This document shows, one piece after another, positions 11,582-22,022 of a DNA stretch of 64,000 bases. Location of the stretch: positions 280,518 through 344,517 of the forward strand of contig CAWARV010000003.1 in NCBI GenBank assembly GCA_963784625.1, in the 5' to 3' direction. How positions within the stretch are numbered: position 1 is the stretch's first letter; the number at the start of each line of letters is the position of its first letter. A model generated the notes under the pieces. The model searched no databases. It saw nothing but the letters and a program-made list of their open reading frames with translations, and was not told where the DNA came from. The position numbers and the translations under genes are program-made. This DNA is from an uncultured Actinomycetota bacterium (GTDB lineage Bacteria; Actinomycetota; Actinomycetes; Propionibacteriales; Nocardioidaceae).

Positions 11582-11932
11582 GTGATCCTGGGAGTCGGCA
11601 TCGACGTGGTCGACGTGGCCCGGTTCGGGGAGTCCCTCGACCGCACCCCGGGGCTGCGCGCGCGGCTGTTCACCGAGGCCGAGCAGCGCCGGTCGCTGAC
11701 CTCGCTGGCCGGCCGGTTCGCCGCGAAGGAGGCGCTCGCGAAGGCGCTGGGCGCGCCCACCGGGATGAGCTGGCTGGACGCCGAGATCGTGAACGAGGCC
11801 ACCGGGGACCCGCGGTTCGACATCCGCGGCTCGGTCCAGGCCCGCGCCGACCGGCTGGGCGTGGCGAGCGTGCACATCTCCCTGTCGCACGACGCCGGCA
11901 TCGCCTCCGCCGTGGTGGTCCTGGAGTCCTGA
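11582..11932 (+). CDS. acpS: Holo-[acyl-carrier-protein] synthase
   Basis: 116-aa ORF reading [14 protein letters not shown]...[12 protein letters not shown]...HISLSHD. Confidence 0.9.
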   Translation: MILGVGIDVVDVARFGESLDRTPGLRARLFTEAEQRRSLTSLAGRFAAKEALAKALGAPTGMSWLDAEIVNEATGDPRFDIRGSVQARADRLGVASVHISLSHDAGIASAVVVLES

Positions 11933-11933
11933 G

Positions 11934-12722
11934 GTGGTTCGGGCGGCGGACCGGTTCGAGGCCTTCAGCGGCCAGCACCTGCTGATCCTCGCGCTGTTCG
12001 CCGTCGGCGCGGTCGGGTTCGTGCTGCTCGGCCGGTCGCAGCGTCGCTCGTCGGACCGGCCGGGGCAGGTCGCGACGGGCCGGTCCGCGCCCGGGCTGCG
12101 GTCCAGCCGGGTGCTCGCGGTCGTGGTGGCGTGCTTCACGCTGCCCGGCCAGGTGCTGCAGCTGCTGCCGGGCAGCTTCGACGTCGGCTCCTCACTGCCG
12201 CTGCAGCTGTGCGACCTCGCCTCGCTGGCCACCGTGTGGGCGCTGTGGACGCACCGGCCGCTGCCGGTCGCGCTCACCTACTTCTGGGGCCTCTCGCTGA
12301 CCTCCCAGGCGGTCGTCACCCCGTCCCTGGACCGGCTCTTCCCGGACCCCGGGTTCTTTGTGTTCTGGGGGATGCACCTGCTGGTGGTGTGGGCCGCGCT
12401 CTACCTCTCCCTCGGGCTCGGGCTCGGTCCCCGCTGGCGGGACTACCGGGCGACGGTGCTGGTCACCCTGGGCTGGGCGGTGCTGGTCCTCGCGATCGAC
12501 GTCGCCTTCGACCTGAACTACGGCTACCTGCGCCGCAAGCCACCGGCCGGGTCGCTGTTCGACCCGCTGGGCCCGTGGCCGGTCTACGTGCTGGCGGCGA
12601 TGGGGCTGCTGCTCGCCGGCTGGGCACTGCTCACCTGGCCCTGGGCCCTGGCCGACCGCCGGGCCGACCGCCGGGCCGGTCGCAGAACCGGGCCGACGTT
12701 CCGGAGGCGGTCCGCTGGGTAG
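11934..12722 (+). CDS. Integral membrane protein (possibly YwaF/TIGR02206-like)
   Basis: 262-aa ORF with about 7 hydrophobic segments. Its position between acpS and nnr is conserved. The family assignment is tentative. Confidence 0.6.
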   Translation: MVRAADRFEAFSGQHLLILALFAVGAVGFVLLGRSQRRSSDRPGQVATGRSAPGLRSSRVLAVVVACFTLPGQVLQLLPGSFDVGSSLPLQLCDLASLATVWALWTHRPLPVALTYFWGLSLTSQAVVTPSLDRLFPDPGFFVFWGMHLLVVWAALYLSLGLGLGPRWRDYRATVLVTLGWAVLVLAIDVAFDLNYGYLRRKPPAGSLFDPLGPWPVYVLAAMGLLLAGWALLTWPWALADRRADRRAGRRTGPTFRRRSAG

Positions 12723-12731
12723 CCTGGCGGT

Positions 12732-14120
12732 ATGCGCTGCGCCCACACCGTCGAGCAGGTCCGCGCGTCCGAGAAGCACCTGATGGCCGGACTGTCCGAG
12801 GGCGCCCTGATGCAGCGGGCCGCCGCCGGGCTGGCCTACGCCACCCTCGACTTCCTGGGCCGGGCGTACGGCGCCCGGGTGCTGGTCCTGGTCGGGTCCG
12901 GGGACAACGGCGGCGACGCCCTGCACGCGGGCGCGGCCCTGGCCCGCCGGGGCGTCGCGGTGCGGGCGCTGCTGCTCGCACCCTCGCAGGCGCACCTCGG
13001 CGGGCTGGCCGCGCTCCGCTCCGCCGGAGGGCGCGTCGTCCGGTCGGTGCAGGCCGGCTGGCGGCCCGACGTGGTCCTCGACGGGATCGTCGGGATCGGC
13101 GGGCACGGCGGCCTGCGCCGGGAGGCCGCCGACGTGGTGGCCTCGCTGGCGGGAGTGCCGTTCATCGCCGTCGACACCCCCTCCGGGGTCGACGTCGACA
13201 CCGGAGTGGTGACCGGGCCGCACGTCGACGCCGCGCTGACCGTCACCTTCGGCACGCACAAGGTCGCGCACCTGGTCGACCCGGCCGCGATGGCCTGCGG
13301 GGCCGTGCACCTCGTCGACATCGGCCTCGAGCTGCCTGCGCCGCCACCGGTGTCCGCGCTGCAGGCCGACGACGTCGCGGCCCTGCTGCCGCGGCCGGCG
13401 CCGGCCGGCCACAAGTACACCCGCGGGGTGGTCGGGGTCCGCGCCGGGTCCGCGCAGTACCCCGGCGCCGGCGTGTTGTGCGTGTCCGGAGCCAGCGCGG
13501 GGCTGGTGGGCATGGTCCGCTACCTCGGCGGCGCCGCCGACCCGGTCCGGGCCCGGCACCCCGAGGTGGTCGCCGACCCGGGGCGCGTCCAGGCGTGGGT
13601 GGTCGGCTCGGGTGGCGGCGAGGACGCGGGGCAGGCGCTCGCGGACTCGCTCGCCGACGGCGTCCCGGTGGTGGTGGACGCGGACGGTCTCACGCACGTC
13701 CGTGGTCCTCTGGGGGTGCCTGCCCTGCTCACCCCGCACGCCGGGGAGCTGGCCCGGATGCTGGGGGTCCCGCGCGAGCGGGTCGAGGCCGAGCAGCTGC
13801 GGTTCGCCCGCGAGGCCGCCGACCGGTACGACGCGGTGGTGCTGCTCAAGGGCCGGCACACCCTGGTGGCCGCACCCGGCGGAGAGGTCCGGGCCACCAC
13901 CGTCGGGCCGCCCTGGCTCGCCACCGCCGGCGCCGGGGACGTGCTCGCCGGCGTGTGCGGCGCCCTCCTGGCCGCCGGCCTCGACCCGCTCGACGCCGGG
14001 TCGGTCGGCTCCTGGCTGCACGGGGCGGCCGCCGTCGTGGCCGGTCGGGGCGGTCCGGTCACCGCCCCCGAGGTCGCGGCGGCGCTGCCGCAGGTCTGCC
14101 GGGACCTGCTGGACCGATGA
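12732..14120 (+). CDS. nnr: Bifunctional NAD(P)H-hydrate repair enzyme (epimerase / ADP-dependent dehydratase)
   Basis: 462-aa ORF. The YjeF_N part reads VLVLVGSGDNGGDAL. The carbohydrate-kinase part reads HKYTRGVVGV...GAGDVLAGV. Confidence 0.85.
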   Translation: MRCAHTVEQVRASEKHLMAGLSEGALMQRAAAGLAYATLDFLGRAYGARVLVLVGSGDNGGDALHAGAALARRGVAVRALLLAPSQAHLGGLAALRSAGGRVVRSVQAGWRPDVVLDGIVGIGGHGGLRREAADVVASLAGVPFIAVDTPSGVDVDTGVVTGPHVDAALTVTFGTHKVAHLVDPAAMACGAVHLVDIGLELPAPPPVSALQADDVAALLPRPAPAGHKYTRGVVGVRAGSAQYPGAGVLCVSGASAGLVGMVRYLGGAADPVRARHPEVVADPGRVQAWVVGSGGGEDAGQALADSLADGVPVVVDADGLTHVRGPLGVPALLTPHAGELARMLGVPRERVEAEQLRFAREAADRYDAVVLLKGRHTLVAAPGGEVRATTVGPPWLATAGAGDVLAGVCGALLAAGLDPLDAGSVGSWLHGAAAVVAGRGGPVTAPEVAAALPQVCRDLLDR

Positions 14121-14178
14121 GACCCTCCGGCGCGCTGGGCGGGTCCGGGACGCGCGGCCTTGGCATGATGGGCGCGCC

Positions 14179-15348
14179 ATGAGCCGAGCCGACACGTCCC
14201 CCGCCGGGGCACCCCGCGCCGAGATCGTGGTCGACCTGGACGCCATCACGCACAACGTCGCGACCCTGCGGCGGCGGGTGGGCGACGTGCGGATGATGAC
14301 CGTGGTGAAGGCCGACGGCTACGGGCACGGGATCGTGGAGTCCGCCCGGGCCGCCCGCGCGGGAGGCGCCGACTGGCTGGGGGTCGCGGTGCTCGAGGAG
14401 GCGCTGGCGCTGCGGTCGGCCGGGGACACCGGGCCGCTGCTCGCCTGGCTGGCGGTCCCGGGCGAGGACTACGCGCCCGCCGTCGAGGCCGGCGTCGACC
14501 TCGGCGCCGGCACGGTCGCGGCGGTCGAGGAGATCGCCGCCGCCGCCCGCTCGGTCGGCCGCCGGGCCCGGGTGCAGCTCAAGGTGGACACCGGCCTGCG
14601 CCGGGGTGGGGCTCCGGCGGACCTGTGGCGGGGCCTGGTCGAGGCCGCCGCGGACGCCGAGCAGACCGGGGCGCTGCAGGTGTCCGGGATCTGGTCGCAC
14701 TTCGCCTGCAGTGACGAGCCGGGCCACCCCGCCAACGACGAGGCTGAGCGGGCCTTCGTGGCGGCCCTGAAGGTCGTGGACACGGTCGGCATCGAGCCCG
14801 AGGTGCGGCACCTGTCGAACTCCGCGGGGGCGCTGCTGCGGCCCTGGTCGGGCTACGACCTGGTGCGCTGCGGCATCGCGTCGTACGGGCTCTCGCCGGC
14901 GCCCGACGTGGTCGGGGCGACGGCGCTGGGCCTGCGGCCGGCGATGACCGCCCGCGCCCGGCTGGTCCTGGTCAAGCGGGTACCGGCCGGGGCGGGGGTC
15001 TCCTACGGGCACACCTGGGTCGCCGAGCGCGACACCGTGGTGGGTCTGGTGCCGGTCGGGTACGGCGACGGGGTGCCCCGGCACGCGTCGTCGGTGGCCC
15101 CGGTGCTCGCGGGCGGACGGCGCTGCCTGGTCGCCGGCCGGGTGTGCATGGACCAGCTCGTGGTCGACCTCGGCCCCGCCTTCGCCGGCTCCGCGGGCGA
15201 CGAGGTGGTGCTCTTCGGGGACGGTCTCGACGGCGCGCCGACGGCGCAGGACTGGGCCGAGGCCTGCGGCACCATCTCGTATGAGATCGTCACCAGGATC
15301 GGCGGACGCTTCGTCCGCCGACACGTGACGACGGAGGGGGACCGGTGA
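14179..15348 (+). CDS. alr: Alanine racemase
   Basis: The ATG at 14179 is in frame with ORF 13612..15348. The PLP-lysine motif VVKADGYGHG is present, along with ...YGLSP...SYGHTW...GRVCMDQLVVD. Confidence 0.93.
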   Translation: MSRADTSPAGAPRAEIVVDLDAITHNVATLRRRVGDVRMMTVVKADGYGHGIVESARAARAGGADWLGVAVLEEALALRSAGDTGPLLAWLAVPGEDYAPAVEAGVDLGAGTVAAVEEIAAAARSVGRRARVQLKVDTGLRRGGAPADLWRGLVEAAADAEQTGALQVSGIWSHFACSDEPGHPANDEAERAFVAALKVVDTVGIEPEVRHLSNSAGALLRPWSGYDLVRCGIASYGLSPAPDVVGATALGLRPAMTARARLVLVKRVPAGAGVSYGHTWVAERDTVVGLVPVGYGDGVPRHASSVAPVLAGGRRCLVAGRVCMDQLVVDLGPAFAGSAGDEVVLFGDGLDGAPTAQDWAEACGTISYEIVTRIGGRFVRRHVTTEGDR

Positions 15349-16460
15349 GCACCAAGCCGTGGCTGCGGCTCGCCGCAGCCGGCGCGGGAGCCGCCGCTGC
15401 CGCCGTGACCGCCGGCGTGGTCGTCGAGCGGCGCGTGGTGCGGACCCGGCGGGCCGGATCCGCCGGCGCCGACGAGCTGGGCGGCCTGCGCGGCAGCGTC
15501 CGCTCGGTGCGGACCCGGGACGGTCTCGCGCTGCACGTCGAGGTGGACGAGGTGGCGCCGTACGCGGAGGGCGACAAGAGCCGACCGGCCGGCGGTGGAC
15601 GCCGGCGGGCCGTGCCGGCCCCCGACCCGACGATCGTGTTCGTGCACGGGTACGCGCTGAACCTGGACTGCTGGCACTTCCAGCGCGCGTACTTCCGCGG
15701 CAAGCACCGGCTGGTCTTCTACGACCAGCGCTCGCACGGCCGGTCCGGCCGGTCGGACAAGCAGCACGCCACCGTCGACCAGCTCGGCGACGACCTGGCC
15801 CGGTCCTGGAGGAGGTCGTCCCCGAGGGGCCGGTGGTGCTGGTCGGCCACTCCATGGGCGGGATGACGGTGATGGCGTTCGCGGAGCGCCATCGCGCCGT
15901 GTTCGAGGACCGGGTGGTGGGCGCCGCGCTGCTCTCGACGTCAGCGCGGCGGGCTCAAGCCGCACCACCTGATCAGCCGGCTGATCCCGGACCGCGTCGG
16001 CAGCCAGGTCGGCCAGCGGCTGGTCGCCGGCCTCGCGCTCGCCCCCGAGCTGGTCGACCGGGTGAGGCGTCGCGGCTCCAACGTCGGCTTCCTGGTCGCC
16101 GACCAGTTCGCGTTCGGCGAGGAGGTGCCGGCCTCCTACGTCGAGTTCCTGGACAACATGCTGGCCGCGACGCCGTTCGAGGTGCTCGCCCAGTTCTTCC
16201 CCAACTTCGACACCCTGGACAAGTTCACCGTGCTCGGCGCCTTCGAGGACATCCCGACCAGCGTGATCAGCGGCACCAAGGACCTGCTCACCTCGGTCGA
16301 GCACAGCCGCGCGATCGCCGCCCGGGTCGCCGGCGCGACGCTGGTGGAGTGCGACGGCGCCGGTCACATGGTGATCCTTGAGCAGAAGGACCGGGTGAAC
16401 GAGGCCCTCGAGGAGCTGTTCGTCGCGGCGACCGCGGACCGCGAGAGCCGGGTGTCGTGA
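15345..16460 (+). pseudogene. Alpha/beta-fold hydrolase, frame-disrupted as assembled (a deletion near 15800 and an insertion near 15945 that compensate)
   Basis: Three ORFs, 15345.., 15359.. and 16062..16460, carry consecutive segments. The nucleophile elbow GHSMGG lies in the middle frame. The GTGA start overlaps the alr stop. Length is 1116 nt, which is 3n. Confidence 0.75.
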
Positions 16461-16940
16461 CCGTCGAGCTCCGCACCGCCACCGCCGGACGACACCCGCG
16501 ACCTCGGCGTCCGGCTCGCCGGTCTGCTGCGAGCCGGGGACCTGGTGGTGCTCAGCGGTGACCTGGGGGCGGGCAAGACCACCTTCACCCAGGGCCTGGG
16601 CGCCGGGCTCCGGGTGCGCGGCGACGTCACCTCGCCGACGTTCGTGATCTCCCGTGTGCACCCGTCGCTGGTCGGCGGCCCGCCGCTGGTGCACGTCGAC
16701 GCCTACCGGCTGGGCGGCCTGGCGAGCTGGACGACCTGGACCTGGACACCTCGGTCGAGGAGGCGGTCACCGTCGTCGAGTGGGGCAGCGGCGTCGCCGA
16801 GCGGCTGGCGGAGGACCGGCTGGAGGTCGAGATCCTGCGCGCGCACGGCGACGAGGACGGCGAGGACGCGCACCGTGCGGCTGACCGCGGTCGGGGCCCG
16901 CTGGGCAGGGGTCGACCTGACCGCCGGTCCGGCCGCGTAG
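16457..16940 (+). pseudogene. tsaE: tRNA t6A37 biosynthesis ATPase TsaE, with three frame changes as assembled
   Basis: The GTG at 16457 overlaps the upstream stop. The P-loop text LSGDLGAGKTTFTQGL..SPTFVI..HVDAYRL is in the frame of ORF 16545... The conserved ELDDLDLD..VTVVEWG segment is readable only in another frame between about 16725 and 16865. The first shift is near 16487. Confidence 0.8.
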
Positions 16941-16950
16941 CCTCGTCGCC

Positions 16951-17589
16951 GTGCTGCTCGCCTTCGACACCGCCACCGCCACCGTCACGGTGGCGCTGCA
17001 CGACGGCGAGCGGGTGGTCGCCTCCCACAGCCGTCCCGACGCGATGCGGCACGGCGAGCTGCTGGCGCCCGGGATCGCCGCCGTGCTGGACCAGGCGGGC
17101 GCCGACCGCCGGGACCTGACCGGGATCGCGGTCGGTGTCGGACCCGGCCCGTTCACCGGGCTGCGGGTCGGCCTGGTCACCGCGCGCACCCTCGCGCTCG
17201 CCCTCGGCATCCCGGTGCACGGCGTGTGCACCCTCGACGTGCTCGCCGTGCAGGCGGTCGACCGGGGGGACGTCGCGCAGCCGTTCCTGGTCGCCACCGA
17301 CGCCCGCCGCAAGGAGGTCTACTGGGCGTCGTACGACGAGCGCGGGAGGCGCCTCGACGGGCCGCACGTCTCCCTCCCAGCCGACGTCGCGACCGACGGG
17401 CCGGTGGTCGGCAGCGGTGCCCGGCTCTACCCGGAGGCGTTCCCGGCGGCGGTGGGCCCCAGCCACCCGGACGCCGGCGTGCTGGCCGCGGTGGTCCTCG
17501 ACCGGCGCGCCGCCGTGGTGGACCCAGAGCCGCTCTACCTGCGCCGCCCGGACGTGGCGATGCCGCACCGGCCCAAGCCGGTCTCGTGA
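16951..17589 (+). CDS. tsaB: tRNA t6A37 biosynthesis protein TsaB
   Basis: 212-aa ORF reading LLAFDTATATVTVAL...GVGPGPFTGLRVG. Confidence 0.88.
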   Translation: MLLAFDTATATVTVALHDGERVVASHSRPDAMRHGELLAPGIAAVLDQAGADRRDLTGIAVGVGPGPFTGLRVGLVTARTLALALGIPVHGVCTLDVLAVQAVDRGDVAQPFLVATDARRKEVYWASYDERGRRLDGPHVSLPADVATDGPVVGSGARLYPEAFPAAVGPSHPDAGVLAAVVLDRRAAVVDPEPLYLRRPDVAMPHRPKPVS

Positions 17590-18009
17590 GGCTGCGACCG
17601 GCCACCGTCGAGGACGCCGACCCGGTCGCCTCGCTGGAGGCCGAGCTCTTCGGGGACGACGCCTGGTCGGCCGCCTCGGTCCGCGAGGAGCTGACCGGTC
17701 CCCGCCGCACCGCGGTGGTCGCCGAGAGCGACGAGGGCCGGGTGGTCGGCTACGTCGTCACCCTGGCCGCCGGGGACCTGGTCGACCTGCAGCGGCTCGG
17801 CGTGCACCCAGGGCACCGGCGGCGCGGGCTGGCGGGCCGGCTGCTGGCCGCGGTCGTCACCGACCGGATGCTGCTGGAGGTCGCCGCGGGCAACGAGGCG
17901 GCCCGCGCGCTCTACGCCGGCGCCGGGTTCGTCGAGATCGCCCGGCGCCGCGCCTACTACCGCGACGGCTCCGACGCCGTGGTGCATGGAGCGCGCCGCC
18001 CCGCGCTGA
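17586..18009 (+). pseudogene. rimI: Ribosomal-protein-alanine N-acetyltransferase RimI, probable +1 near 17985 that removes the native stop
   Basis: The GTG at 17586 overlaps the tsaB stop. The GNAT text LQRLGVHPGHRRRGLAGRLL...ARALYAGAGFVE is present. As assembled, the frame runs on into tsaD. Deleting one base gives ...DAVVMERAAPR and a stop at 18007-18009. Confidence 0.65.
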
Positions 18010-18063
18010 CCCGGTCCGGGTCGCGGCGGGCCGCCGTACCGCAGCCGCGGACCGCCGTACACA

Positions 18064-19128
18064 ATGGCGCGCATGACCGACCAGCCCCTGGTGCTCGGCA
18101 TCGAGACCTCCTGCGACGAGACCGGCATCGGCATCGTGCGCGGGCACACGCTGCTCGCGGACGCCGTCGCGTCCAGCGTCGAGGAGCACGCCCGCTTCGG
18201 CGGGGTGGTCCCGGAGGTGGCCTCGCGCGCCCATCTGGAGGCGATGGTGCCCACCGTTCGCCGCGCCTGCCAGGACGCCGGGGTCTCCCTGGCCGACGTG
18301 GACGCGATCGCGGTGACCAACGGCCCCGGCCTCGCCGGCGCGCTGCTCGTCGGGGTGGCCGCGGCGAAGGCCCTGGCGGTGGGGCTGGGCAAGCCGCTCT
18401 ACGGGGTCAACCACCTGGCCGCACACGTCGCCGTCGACCAGCTCGAGCACGGCCCGCTGCCCGAGCCGTGCGTGGCGATGCTGGTCAGCGGGGGGCACTC
18501 CTCGCTGCTGCGGGTCACCGACGTCACCGGCCACGACGACGGGGTGACCGCGCTGGGGGCGACCATCGACGACGCGGCCGGCGAGGCCTTCGACAAGGTC
18601 GCGCGGCTGCTGGGGCTGCCGTTCCCCGGCGGCCCGTACGTCGACCGCGCGGCCCGGTCCGGGTCGTCGGTGGCGATCGACTTCCCCCGCGGCCTGACCT
18701 CGCGCCGCGACCTGGAGCGGCACCGCTTCGACTTCTCGTTCTCGGGGTTGAAGACCGCGGTGGCGCGCTGGGTCGAGGCCCGGGAGCGCTCCGGCGAGCC
18801 GGTGCCCGTCGAGGACGTGGCGGCGTCCTTCCAGGAGGCCGTCTGCGACGTGCTGACCCGCAAGGCCGTCGACGCGGCGTCCTCCGAGGGCATCGAGGAC
18901 ATCCTGGTGGGCGGCGGGGTCGCCGCGAACTCGCGGCTGCGCGTGCTCGTGCAGGAGCGGGCGGCCGCGCGGGGCATCCGGGTGCGGGTGCCCCGCCCGG
19001 GCCTGTGCACCGACAACGGCGCGATGGTCGCCGCCCTCGGCGCCGAGCTGGTCGCCCGCGGCCGCAGGCCCTCCGCCCTCGACCTGCCCGCCGACTCGTC
19101 GCTGCCGGTGACCTCGGTCCTCGCCTGA
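18064..19128 (+). CDS. tsaD: tRNA N6-adenosine threonylcarbamoyltransferase TsaD
   Basis: 354-aa ORF reading [12 protein letters not shown]...GVNHLAAH...SGGHS...[10 protein letters not shown]. Confidence 0.93.
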   Translation: MARMTDQPLVLGIETSCDETGIGIVRGHTLLADAVASSVEEHARFGGVVPEVASRAHLEAMVPTVRRACQDAGVSLADVDAIAVTNGPGLAGALLVGVAAAKALAVGLGKPLYGVNHLAAHVAVDQLEHGPLPEPCVAMLVSGGHSSLLRVTDVTGHDDGVTALGATIDDAAGEAFDKVARLLGLPFPGGPYVDRAARSGSSVAIDFPRGLTSRRDLERHRFDFSFSGLKTAVARWVEARERSGEPVPVEDVAASFQEAVCDVLTRKAVDAASSEGIEDILVGGGVAANSRLRVLVQERAAARGIRVRVPRPGLCTDNGAMVAALGAELVARGRRPSALDLPADSSLPVTSVLA

Positions 19129-19138
19129 CCCCTGCCGA

Positions 19139-19220
19139 TTACCAGGTGATGTCGGAGAACTGTCACTGACCATGGCGATATCCCCGTGGTCAGTGCCAGA
19201 AATCCTGCATCACCTGGTAA
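19139..19220. repeat. Structured intergenic repeat, copy B (MITE-like: 13-bp perfect terminal inverted repeats plus an internal hairpin)
   Basis: The terminal repeats are ttaccaggtgatg (19139-19151) and catcacctggtaa (19208-19220). If the repeat proper starts at CCAGG, a TA dinucleotide flanks each end. The inner stem 19154-19175 / 19184-19205 is homologous to copy A. Confidence 0.6.
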
Positions 19221-19251
19221 ACAGCGGGCAACCGTCGGGGAGGATGCCGTC

Positions 19252-20217
19252 GTGCTGAGCTTCGTGGTCCCGGTCCTGCTGGTCGTCGCGGGGGCGGCGC
19301 TGCTGACGGCGGGGGCGGAGGGGTTCGCCGAGAACGTGACCGCGGCGGCGGCCAGGCTCGGCGTCAGCGTGCTGGCGCTGGGACTGCTGCTGGCTGGCGC
19401 CGAGCCGGAGGAGGCCGTCACCGGGATGCTGGCATCCGCGCAGGGGCACCCCGCGCTGGCGGCCGGGGACGCGATCGGCGCCAACCTGGTGATCCTCACG
19501 CTCACCCTGGGCCTCGCGGCGCTGGTGACCCGGCTGCCGGTCGGCCGGCGCGGCGTCGAGTACGGCCTCGGTGCCGCCGTGCTGGGTGCGGTGGCCTGGC
19601 TGCTGCTGCTCAACGGCGTGCTCGGCCGGCTGGAAGGGCTGCTGCTGCTGGCCCTGTACGCCGGCGCGGTGGCCTGGGTCTGGCGGCGCGAGCGGCGGCC
19701 GCCGCTGATCGGCGAGCTGGCCGAGCTGGAGGCCCGCGACGCACGCGAGCCGGAGCGGGAGCACGACCAGGACAGCGGACGGCCGCTGCTCCTGGTGCTG
19801 CTCGGCCTGGTCGGGATGGTCCTGGGCGGCGCCCTGGCGGTGCGCGGGGCGGAGGGGCTGGTCGAGGTGCTGCACGTGGGGGACTCGGTGGTCGGGCTGA
19901 CCGTGCTCGCGCTGGCCACCAGCGCCGAGATGGTGGCGCTGGTGTGGGCGGCGCGCCGTCGCGGGCTCACCGAGCTGGTGGTCGCGGGCACGGTCGGCGC
20001 GGTCGCCTACAACGCCACCGTCAGCCTCGGGCTGGCGGCCCTGGTCAGCCCGCTGGGACTGGGGCGGCACAACGTGGTCATCACGGTCGCGGCGGTGACG
20101 GCGGCGCTCCCGCTGGTGCTGCTGACCGGCCTGCGCACCGGACGGCTGCCCCGGCCGGTGGGGGTGCTGCTGGTCCTGGGGTACGTCGCAGGCGTGGCCG
20201 CCTTGCTGGCCGGTTAG
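19252..20217 (+). CDS. Ca2+/cation antiporter (CaCA family, YrbG-like sodium:calcium exchanger)
   Basis: ORF 19186..20217. The GTG at 19252 follows a GGGGAGGA RBS. The protein has two alpha-repeat halves (GDAIGANL / LATSAEM) separated by an acidic loop. Confidence 0.75.
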   Translation: MLSFVVPVLLVVAGAALLTAGAEGFAENVTAAAARLGVSVLALGLLLAGAEPEEAVTGMLASAQGHPALAAGDAIGANLVILTLTLGLAALVTRLPVGRRGVEYGLGAAVLGAVAWLLLLNGVLGRLEGLLLLALYAGAVAWVWRRERRPPLIGELAELEARDAREPEREHDQDSGRPLLLVLLGLVGMVLGGALAVRGAEGLVEVLHVGDSVVGLTVLALATSAEMVALVWAARRRGLTELVVAGTVGAVAYNATVSLGLAALVSPLGLGRHNVVITVAAVTAALPLVLLTGLRTGRLPRPVGVLLVLGYVAGVAALLAG

Positions 20218-20266
20218 CCTGCGGCGTACGCACATCACACTCGCAGCAGCACAGCAGGAGGTCGTC

Positions 20267-21352
20267 ATGCAGCAGGTACGCGGGGTCGTCGCGAGGGCGA
20301 AGGGTGAGCCGGTCTCGATCGAGACGGTCAACATCCCCGACCCGGGGCCCGGGGAGGCCGTGGTGCAGATCCAGGCCTGCGGGGTCTGCCACACCGACCT
20401 GCACTACCGGGAGGGCGGCATCAACGACGACTTCCCGTTCCTGCTCGGCCACGAGGCGGCGGGGATCGTGGAGTCGGTCGGGGAGGGCGTGGACTCGGTG
20501 GCCCCCGGTGACTTCGTGGTGCTCAACTGGCGTGCGGTCTGCGGCACCTGCCGGGCCTGCAACCGCGGCGAGCCCTGGTACTGCTTCAACACCTTCAACG
20601 CCACCCAGAAGATGACCCTGGAGGACGGCACCGAGCTGTCCCCGGCGCTCGGCATCGGCGCGTTCGCGGACAAGACGCTGGTGCACGCCGGCCAGTGCAC
20701 GAAGGTCGACGCGTCGGCCCGGCCCGCCGCGGTCGGCCTGCTCGGCTGCGGCGTGATGGCGGGACTGGGAGCAGCGATCAACACCGGGAACGTCGGACGC
20801 GGCGACAGCGTCGCGGTGATCGGCTGCGGCGGGGTCGGAGCGGCGGCGGTCGCCGGCGCCCGGCTGGCCGGCGCCGCCACCATCATCGCGGTCGACCTCG
20901 ACCCGCGGAAGCTCGAGTGGGCGACCGCCCTGGGTGCCACGCACACGGTCAACAGCAAGGACGGCGACGCGGTCGAGGCGATCCGGGAGCTCACCGGCGG
21001 CAACGGCGCCGACGTCGTGATCGACGCGGTCGGCCGTCCGGAGACCTGGCGCCAGGCCTTCTACGCCCGCGACCTGGCCGGCACCGTGGTCCTGGTGGGC
21101 GTGCCCACCCCGGACATGAAGGTCCCCGAGATCCCGCTGATCGACGTGTTCGGCCGCGGTGGCGCGCTGAAGTCCAGCTGGTACGGCGACTGCCTGCCGT
21201 CGCGCGACTTCCCGATGCTCGTCGACCTCTACCAGCAGGGACGGCTCGACCTGGACGCGTTCGTCACCGAGGAGGTCGGCCTCGAGGACGTGGAGGCGGC
21301 CTTCACCAAGATGCACGAGGGCGGCGTGCTGCGCAGCGTGGTGCTGCTCTGA
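20267..21352 (+). CDS. S-(hydroxymethyl)mycothiol dehydrogenase (class III Zn alcohol dehydrogenase)
   Basis: 361-aa ORF reading [23 protein letters not shown]...C..C..C..G.PWYC, with the Rossmann motif GCGGVG. Confidence 0.8.
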   Translation: MQQVRGVVARAKGEPVSIETVNIPDPGPGEAVVQIQACGVCHTDLHYREGGINDDFPFLLGHEAAGIVESVGEGVDSVAPGDFVVLNWRAVCGTCRACNRGEPWYCFNTFNATQKMTLEDGTELSPALGIGAFADKTLVHAGQCTKVDASARPAAVGLLGCGVMAGLGAAINTGNVGRGDSVAVIGCGGVGAAAVAGARLAGAATIIAVDLDPRKLEWATALGATHTVNSKDGDAVEAIRELTGGNGADVVIDAVGRPETWRQAFYARDLAGTVVLVGVPTPDMKVPEIPLIDVFGRGGALKSSWYGDCLPSRDFPMLVDLYQQGRLDLDAFVTEEVGLEDVEAAFTKMHEGGVLRSVVLL

Positions 21353-21969
21353 TGGCCGCCCGGGTCGACCACGGTGTCCTGAAGGGCACCTTCTCCCTGG
21401 ACGGCGAGACCTTCGACGTCGACAACAACGTCTGGGTCGTCGGGGACGACCGCGAGTGCGTGGTGATCGACGCCCCGCACGACGTGGACGGCATCCTGGC
21501 GGTCGTCGGTGACCGCGCGGTCAAGGCGATCCTGTGCACGCACGCCCACGACGACCACGTCCGGGTGGCGCCGGCGCTGCGGGAGCGGGTGACCGCACCG
21601 ATCCTGCTTCACCCCGACGACCGCCCGCTGTGGGAGCTGACCCACCACGACGAGCTGTGGGACCTGGATCTCGCCGACGGGCAGCGGGTCGAGGTGGCCG
21701 GCACCACCCTGGAGGTGCTGCACACCCCGGGGCACGCGCCGGGAGGGGTGTGCTTCTACGCCGCCGACCTCGGCGTGGTCTTCACCGGCGACTCGCTGTT
21801 CAACGGCGGTCCGGGGGCGACGGGCCGCTCGTTCAGCGACCGGGCGGTCCTGGAACGGTCGATCCGGGAGCGGCTGTTCGCCCTCCCCGACGACACCGTG
21901 GTGCACACCGGGCACGGCGACGACACGACCATCGCGGCGGAGCGGACCAACCTCGCGGACGATGCGTGA
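21352..21969 (+). CDS. MBL-fold metallo-hydrolase (partner of the mycothiol formaldehyde dehydrogenase; possible S-formylmycothiol hydrolase)
   Basis: The ATG overlaps the upstream TGA (ATGA). The HxHxDH motif reads THAHDDH, and HTPGHAPG is present. It is in frame with ORF 20695..21969. Confidence 0.75.
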   Translation: MAARVDHGVLKGTFSLDGETFDVDNNVWVVGDDRECVVIDAPHDVDGILAVVGDRAVKAILCTHAHDDHVRVAPALRERVTAPILLHPDDRPLWELTHHDELWDLDLADGQRVEVAGTTLEVLHTPGHAPGGVCFYAADLGVVFTGDSLFNGGPGATGRSFSDRAVLERSIRERLFALPDDTVVHTGHGDDTTIAAERTNLADDA

Positions 21970-22022
21970 GAGATGTGCCACCGACCCGTGTCAGCGGGGC
22001 CCGGGGCGGGTAGACGTCCCGG

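Noticed and set aside
8683-11901. Very long antisense or out-of-frame ORFs: 8683..11901, 12192..14255, 21756..24140, 26256..28652, 30803..32668, 43289..45432, 59373..61766 and many others.
   Set aside because: These are typical stop-codon-poor shadow frames of a genome with about 70% GC. Their translations are Arg/Pro/Gly/Ala-rich with no recognisable motifs. Each overlaps a gene with strong family signatures in another frame.
19139-19220. The inverted-repeat-flanked segment considered as an invertible promoter switch.
   Set aside because: The segment between the repeats is only about 56 bp and is itself a hairpin. No recombinase gene is nearby. A related copy at 2019-2100 lies at an unrelated locus, which fits a mobile or REP-like element better.
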